DNA from: Myxococcales bacterium
GTDB taxonomy: Bacteria; Myxococcota; UBA727; JABDBI01
Assembly: GCA_947445025.1 (NCBI GenBank)
Contig: CANFCB010000003.1
Location: 1 to 59,943, forward strand
Length of the DNA stretch: 59,943 bases
Direction of reading: 5' to 3'
A program made the position numbers and the translations under genes. The notes under the pieces were generated by a model, which was given only the letters and a program-made list of their open reading frames with translations, was not told where the DNA came from and did no database searches. Positions 55,690-59,943 of this stretch are shown here, piece after piece (the stretch's first letter is position 1; every line of letters begins with the position of its first letter).

Positions 55690-58323
55690 ATGTCTACCAG
55701 CAGCATTGAATTAAGAAAAAGATTTCTATCCTTTTTTGAGAACAAGGGTCACAAAATTGTGCCCAGCTCGCCTTTGCTTCCCAAGGACGATCCCTCTTTA
55801 CTCTTTGTAAATGCCGGTATGGTCCAATTTAAAGATGTTTTTACCGGAAAAGAGCGCCGACCCTACACAAGAGCTACCAGCAGCCAAAAATGCCTCCGCG
55901 CTGGCGGCAAGCATAACGACTTGGAAAATGTAGGCCGCACCGCCAGACATCACACATTTTTTGAGATGCTCGGCAATTTTTCTTTTGGCGATTACTTCAA
56001 AGAAGACGCCTGTCTTTTTGCTTGGGATTTTTTAACCAAAGAACTAGGCCTCGATGTGTCGAGACTTTCTGTCACGGTTTTTGGTGGCGAAGGCAATTTG
56101 CCTGCCGATGAAGATGCGGAACGTATTTGGCGCGATGTCGTCGGAGTTCCCGCGCACGCCATTAGCCGTAAAGGCGCTGCTGATAATTTTTGGGCCATGG
56201 GCGACACTGGTCCTTGTGGCCCCTGCACCGAAATTCATTATGAGCGCGGCGACATGGTGGCAAACTTTGGCGGCGATGACAGCGAAGGTGATCGCGTCAT
56301 GGAAGTTTGGAACCTCGTCTTCATGCAATACGAGAAAAAAGCAGACGGCTCCCTGATTCCTTTACCTGCCCCCAGTGTCGACACCGGCATGGGCCTAGAA
56401 CGTCTTTGCACCGTCGTTAATCAGCTTTCTAGTAATTACGAAAGTGATCTATTGAAACCATTGGTCGAGGCAACTGCGCAAAAATCTGGAAAAATCTATC
56501 AAGCCAGCGATAGCGATGATGATGTTTCCATGCGCGTGATTGCTGATCATAGTAGAGCCACGGTGTTCTTATTGGCCGACGGGCTGTTCCCCAGCAATGA
56601 AGGCCGCGGTTACGTGCTAAGACGCATTATGCGCAGGGCCATTCGTCACGGTGCCAAACTGGGATTTGAAAAACCGTTTTTTCATGAAATTTGCGACCAT
56701 GTGGTTCAGCTTTTTGCCAAAGTTTGCCCCGAGCTTGAAGAAGTCCGCGCACTTATTGCCAAAGTTGTCTTGCAAGAAGAAGAAGCTTTTAGGCGTACTT
56801 TGCATCGAGGCTTGGATCTTTTTGCCGACGTTACTAGTCACCTTAAAAAAGGCGACCGACTCGACGGCGCTATAGTATTTCGTTTACATGAAACCTACGG
56901 TTTCCCTCCCGATCTAACTACTGTGTTAGCAGAAGAAAAAGGTCTGCAAATTAATTGGGAAAGTTTTGAAGCAGCCAAACTAGCTCACGAAAAAGCCTCA
57001 AGCAGCGAACTTGGTTTAAGCTATATTGCCGATGTGTACAAAGAGTTGCGCGACCTTTTGGGTGCCACTCAATTTGTTGGTGAAACAGCAGAAAAAGGCA
57101 CAGGAAAAATCGTCGCCATTTTAAAAAACAACACCCAAGTCAAACAGCTAAATGCCGGCGAAAGCGGCGCGCTGATTTTTGATCAAACCCCGTTTTACGG
57201 TGAGTCGGGCGGACAAATCGGTGACAACGGCAGCATTTCTTTAGGAAAATCTTTTGCTGAAGTCTTTGACACCAAAAAGATTGCCGACCTGCATGTGCAT
57301 TTTGTCAACGTCGATAAAGGCACGTTTTCCGTTGGTAGTACTTGTACCTTAGAAATTAACAAAGCCAACCGAGAGGCTATTAAAAGACATCACTCGGTCA
57401 CCCATCTTTTGCATAGTGCTTTGCGAACGGTTTTGGGAAGCCATGTCACACAAAAAGGATCCTTGGTTGCCGTTGATCGGTTACGATTTGATTTTTCTCA
57501 TTTCGAACCCGTGACTGTGGACCAAATCAACCAAGTTGAAGACTTGGTAAACACATGGATTTTAGAAAACAACGACACCCACGCCCAGCAAATGTCCCTC
57601 GATGCAGCCAGGAAACACGGCGCCATGGCACTTTTCGGTGAAAAATATGGCGACCAAGTCCGCGTTGTGGAGATGGGCCCTCATTCCACCGAACTTTGCG
57701 GTGGCACCCACGTGCATCACACCGGTGATATCGGCTCCTTTCGTATCACTAGCGAAGGTCCTTTGGCCGCCGGCATCAGACGTATTGAAGCGGTAGCAGG
57801 TTTTGCTAGCATCGAGCACGCCCGCAAAGAACAAAATTACTTGCGCGGGTTGTCAGCCTTGCTCTCTTCTCCGCCTGCAGATTTAGAAGAACGTGTGCAG
57901 CGACTTGTTACTGATTTAAAAGACACACAAAAGCAAATTGGGCTGCTACAGAGTAAAGACATATCTAATCATGCCAGTGAAGTTGCCAAAAATGCCGTAG
58001 TCATCAATGGCGTTAAAGTAATAAGTGAACGCAATGATGATTTAGACAGCAAATCTCTACAGCATTACGCCGACAAACTACGCGATCATCTGCAATCGGG
58101 CATCGTCGTGCTGGGCTCTGCTTCTGGCAGCGACAAATGCAGCATTTTGGTTGCCGTCACCAAAGATTTAAGCGGCAAATACCATGCTGGTAAAATGGTT
58201 AGCGAACTTGCACAAATTATTGGCGGCAAAGGCGGCGGGCGTCCTGATTTTGCCCAAGCTGGGGGCACCAAAGTTGAAAGGCTCGACAAGGCCTTAAAAC
58301 ATATTGGACAGCTAATTAATTAA
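55690..58323 (+). CDS. alaS: Alanine--tRNA ligase
   Basis: The conserved N-terminus starts at Met60 of the ORF track product (MSTSSIELRKRFLSFFENKGH). FFEMLGNFSFGDYFK, editing HSVTHLLH, C-terminal GGKGGGRPDFAQAGG. GAGG SD 9 nt upstream. Confidence 0.95.
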   Translation: MSTSSIELRKRFLSFFENKGHKIVPSSPLLPKDDPSLLFVNAGMVQFKDVFTGKERRPYTRATSSQKCLRAGGKHNDLENVGRTARHHTFFEMLGNFSFGDYFKEDACLFAWDFLTKELGLDVSRLSVTVFGGEGNLPADEDAERIWRDVVGVPAHAISRKGAADNFWAMGDTGPCGPCTEIHYERGDMVANFGGDDSEGDRVMEVWNLVFMQYEKKADGSLIPLPAPSVDTGMGLERLCTVVNQLSSNYESDLLKPLVEATAQKSGKIYQASDSDDDVSMRVIADHSRATVFLLADGLFPSNEGRGYVLRRIMRRAIRHGAKLGFEKPFFHEICDHVVQLFAKVCPELEEVRALIAKVVLQEEEAFRRTLHRGLDLFADVTSHLKKGDRLDGAIVFRLHETYGFPPDLTTVLAEEKGLQINWESFEAAKLAHEKASSSELGLSYIADVYKELRDLLGATQFVGETAEKGTGKIVAILKNNTQVKQLNAGESGALIFDQTPFYGESGGQIGDNGSISLGKSFAEVFDTKKIADLHVHFVNVDKGTFSVGSTCTLEINKANREAIKRHHSVTHLLHSALRTVLGSHVTQKGSLVAVDRLRFDFSHFEPVTVDQINQVEDLVNTWILENNDTHAQQMSLDAARKHGAMALFGEKYGDQVRVVEMGPHSTELCGGTHVHHTGDIGSFRITSEGPLAAGIRRIEAVAGFASIEHARKEQNYLRGLSALLSSPPADLEERVQRLVTDLKDTQKQIGLLQSKDISNHASEVAKNAVVINGVKVISERNDDLDSKSLQHYADKLRDHLQSGIVVLGSASGSDKCSILVAVTKDLSGKYHAGKMVSELAQIIGGKGGGRPDFAQAGGTKVERLDKALKHIGQLIN

Positions 58324-58418
58324 CCCAAATTGCTACCTACCCTGGGATAAAAGGCTTCATAGAGTAGGCAAGGATAAATGCCACGAGCTTTAGCTCAAAC
58401 CCCCTGGCCAGGCTCGCT

Positions 58419-58482
58419 CCCGGGGTTCACAGAAAAAAAGTCTATTTCACCCCAGGCTTTCTAAAAAATGCTTGCAGCATTT
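58419..58482. repeat. Second repeat family, long copy in reverse orientation
   Basis: CCCGGGGTTCACAGAAAAAAAGTCTATTTCACCCCAGGCTTTCTAAAAAATGCTTGCAGCATTT. Shares both ends with 14525-14582 and its first 40 nt with 58592-58630. Confidence 0.75.
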
Positions 58483-58517
58483 GTAATCGTTCGCGCGGAT
58501 TTGAGGATTTAGCCCCT

Positions 58518-58570
58518 CAGAACTGCCCATCCGAATATCGCTGCAACTCACTTTTGATCACTTTGATCAA
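58518..58570. repeat. Left copy of a duplicated gene 3' end (remnant ...LIKVIKSELQRYSDGQF*)
   Basis: 58521-58552 is identical over 32 nt to 59432-59463, with similarity continuing about 18 nt further. On the minus strand it encodes the same C-terminal peptide as ORF 59428..59943, but the frame is closed upstream by TAA/TGA. Confidence 0.8.
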
Positions 58571-58586
58571 TACTGGATCGCCACAT

Positions 58587-58630
58587 CATTACCCGGGGTT
58601 CACAGACTAACGTCTATTTCACCCCAGGCT
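58587..58630. repeat. Second repeat family, partial copy in reverse orientation
   Basis: CATTACCCGGGGTTCACAGACTAACGTCTATTTCACCCCAGGCT. The imperfect inverted repeat CCCGGGGT...ACCCCAGG flanks a roughly 22-nt loop. Confidence 0.7.
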
Positions 58631-58859
58631 ACCAAAATTACGCCCTTGGCGTCGAATACTCATGTAAATATATTGGATTAAATTTTTCGCGAAGCGCATA
58701 ACGCGCACAGCCGCTGACGAAATCCGGGGGGCATAATGCCTGCACGCTAATACGCTCCGAAGGCCCGTATGAAAAATATTTTGCACAGTTATTTGACTTG
58801 GTGTAATTGATTGATGTATTGTTAAAATACGGAAAAACATGAAACATGAAACATAAAAC

Positions 58860-59258
58860 ATGAAAAACGGGGAAACCTTGCGGATTAAAAGAATATTGTC
58901 ATTGTCGTTGTCTGCGCTGGTTGTCATAAGCTTCAATGCGTGCGGCGGCACACATGACCAAAAACTTCGGGGGGGCGGTGGGTCAGATGGCGGACCGAAG
59001 CATGTTCCCAACTGCCCAGGGGGCTGGACCCTAAACGGGGATACGGGGAAATGCGAATCACCACCACCACAACAACTACCGCCCCTAGTGATGCGGGAAT
59101 GTTGCATGAGAGAAACGGATATTGTAACCGGACCGGGCGTGATCGGCAATACCCCGCTCGCCAGATGTTACACGTTTCCAGATGTAACACGCGCATCTGA
59201 CAACTCGCTGAACTGTGGGGACGGTCTGTTTGCTGCAGAAGGTTGCTCAGATTGCTGA
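58860..59258 (+). CDS. Putative Cys-rich lipoprotein (132 aa) in a GC-rich islet
   Basis: N-terminus MKNGETLRIKRILSLSLSALVVISFNAC-GG looks like a signal peptide with a lipobox-like Cys. Eight further Cys residues, including a C-terminal CSDC. No obvious SD. Overlapping antisense ORFs exist because the DNA is locally GC-rich. Confidence 0.45.
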   Translation: MKNGETLRIKRILSLSLSALVVISFNACGGTHDQKLRGGGGSDGGPKHVPNCPGGWTLNGDTGKCESPPPQQLPPLVMRECCMRETDIVTGPGVIGNTPLARCYTFPDVTRASDNSLNCGDGLFAAEGCSDC

Positions 59259-59313
59259 GAGATTATTTAATGTCGGCATAATACCGTCCAATACAAGAGG
59301 TAAGTCAGGCCGA

Positions 59314-59403
59314 GCAGCGATGGCCGAGTGGCTGAAGGCGCACGCCTGCTAAGTGTGTATAGGGGAAACCCTATCCCGGGTTCGAATCCCGGTCGCTCCG
59401 CCA
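59314..59403 (+). tRNA. tRNA-Ser (anticodon GCU) with a C2-C71 acceptor mismatch
   Basis: Hand-folded: D-arm GCCGAGTGGCTGAAGGC, anticodon stem CACGC/GTGTG with loop CTGCTAA, long variable arm TAGGGGAAACCCTA, T-arm CCGGGTTCGAATCCCGG, discriminator G, encoded CCA. 90 nt. Acceptor GCAGCGA/TCGCTCC pairs at 6 of 7 positions. Confidence 0.85.
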
Positions 59404-59427
59404 TTGACGTCATACTCATCGACAACC

Positions 59428-59481
59428 TTAAAACTGCCCATCCGAATATCGCTGCAACTCACTGATAAGCACCTTGATCAA
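59428..59481. repeat. Right copy of the duplicated gene 3' end (intact C-terminus ...LIKVLISELQRYSDGQF*)
   Basis: Direct repeat of 58518-58570, 911 nt away. Together they bracket the Cys-rich ORF and tRNA-Ser. Confidence 0.8.
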
Positions 59482-59943
59482 TTTTGATCCAGATAGATCG
59501 CTGGGGTGGCTTAAAACAATCAGTTCGATTAAATCAGTATTTAACAAAGGCCGACCGTCTTTGCCGTTTAAAAGCGGAAATCTATCTATCCATAATTTAT
59601 GGAGAGGCCGGGCCAGCCCTTGAGCATATTCCAGATTTTCTTTATCTTCGCTGGTGAGTGGCCCTGCAAATTGATATTTCAATTTAAGCAAAGTAGGTTC
59701 TGACGTCGCTAAAATCCCCCTACCCCCTTTTTCTAAGGGGGATTTAAGAGGCACATCCTCGATTGTTTCTGGATTCAATTCTGGATTTAGTCCCCCTTGG
59801 AAAAATAAGGATTTAAGAGGTGCATCCTCGACAGGCTTTGGCTCTAATTCCCCCTTAGAAAAAGGGGGTAGGGGGATTTTCTCGTCGACACCATCACTCT
59901 TAAAAACAAACTTCTTAAAATGCTGGTCCGACAACCCCACAAA
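59428..59943 (-). CDS. Hypothetical protein, 5' end beyond window; contains translated copies of the palindromic element
   Basis: The frame is open to the window edge (the M at 59940 in the ORF track is an internal GTG). Sequence ...KIPLPPFSKGELEPKPVEDAPLKSLFFQGGLNPELNPETIEDVPLKSPLEKGGRGIL... shows a 23-codon repeat unit. Confidence 0.5.
   Translation of the reverse strand, partial: FVGLSDQHFKKFVFKSDGVDEKIPLPPFSKGELEPKPVEDAPLKSLFFQGGLNPELNPETIEDVPLKSPLEKGGRGILATSEPTLLKLKYQFAGPLTSEDKENLEYAQGLARPLHKLWIDRFPLLNGKDGRPLLNTDLIELIVLSHPSDLSGSKLIKVLISELQRYSDGQF
59711..59745. repeat. G5/C5 palindromic element, full copy in reverse orientation, inside a CDS
   Basis: AAAATCCCCCTACCCCCTTTTTCTAAGGGGGATTT. 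Translated on the minus strand as KSPLEKGGRGIL. Confidence 0.85.
59781..59815. repeat. G5/C5 palindromic element, degenerate forward copy, inside a CDS
   Basis: CTGGATTTAGTCCCCCTTGGAAAAATAAGGATTTA. Translated as ...KSLFFQGGLNP. Confidence 0.65.
59845..59880. repeat. G5/C5 palindromic element, full forward copy, inside a CDS
   Basis: CTAATTCCCCCTTAGAAAAAGGGGGTAGGGGGATTTT. Translated on the minus strand as KIPLPPFSKGE. Confidence 0.85.

Noticed and set aside
58619-59149. A 176-aa ORF and an 87-aa ORF (58933..59196) antisense to the Cys-rich ORF.
   Set aside because: Open frames arise on several strands in this GC-rich patch. The products are Pro/Gly/Ser-rich with no signal peptide or SD. The plus-strand ORF has a coherent signal peptide and lipobox, so it is preferred, although only at moderate confidence.

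Overview
This 59.9-kb window is a gene-dense chromosomal segment with about 64 CDS and 4 tRNA genes, and no rRNA. It comes from a Gram-negative bacterium of moderate GC (judged by eye) that looks host-associated.

Most of the window is housekeeping:
- metH (5' end cut by the window edge), hslVU, a TonB-dependent-type outer-membrane receptor
- fdxA-queF, yhbY, pip-plsC, glpQ-proC, yggS-maf-rhomboid, greA
- the conserved string tRNA-Val-thrS-infC-rpmI-rplT-pheST-ihfA-merR, which runs on into fdhD, a ydeP-like oxidoreductase and a Ddl-family ligase
- guaB-mvaA-mvk (mevalonate pathway), mdh-sdhCAB (single cytochrome b subunit)
- fur/ybeY, a fused E1 alpha/beta dehydrogenase, rmuC
- rpmE-DUF1385-prfA, alaS

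I saw no transposase, integrase, phage, CRISPR/cas or recognisable defence genes.

Accessory pockets:
- Two signal-peptide ankyrin-repeat proteins.
- A secreted PI-PLC-like enzyme plus a membrane protein, wedged between yggS and proC.
- A 558-aa internally repetitive protein containing a perfect 3 x 24-bp tandem repeat.
- Two paralogous Lys-rich ORFs after hslVU.
- A roughly 0.9-kb GC-rich islet beside alaS. It carries tRNA-Ser(GCU) and a Cys-rich putative lipoprotein, and is bracketed by a duplicated gene 3' end.

The most unusual signal is a dispersed short G5/C5 palindromic element, core TCCCCCTTAGAAAAAGGGGGTAGGGGGA. I count seven full or partial copies. They occur in intergenic DNA and also inside ORFs, where the element is translated in both orientations, reminiscent of Rickettsia palindromic elements. 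A second short hairpin repeat family is also present.

I did not find a convincing novel multi-gene system. All functional calls rest on motif recognition and remembered family signatures, not on database searches.
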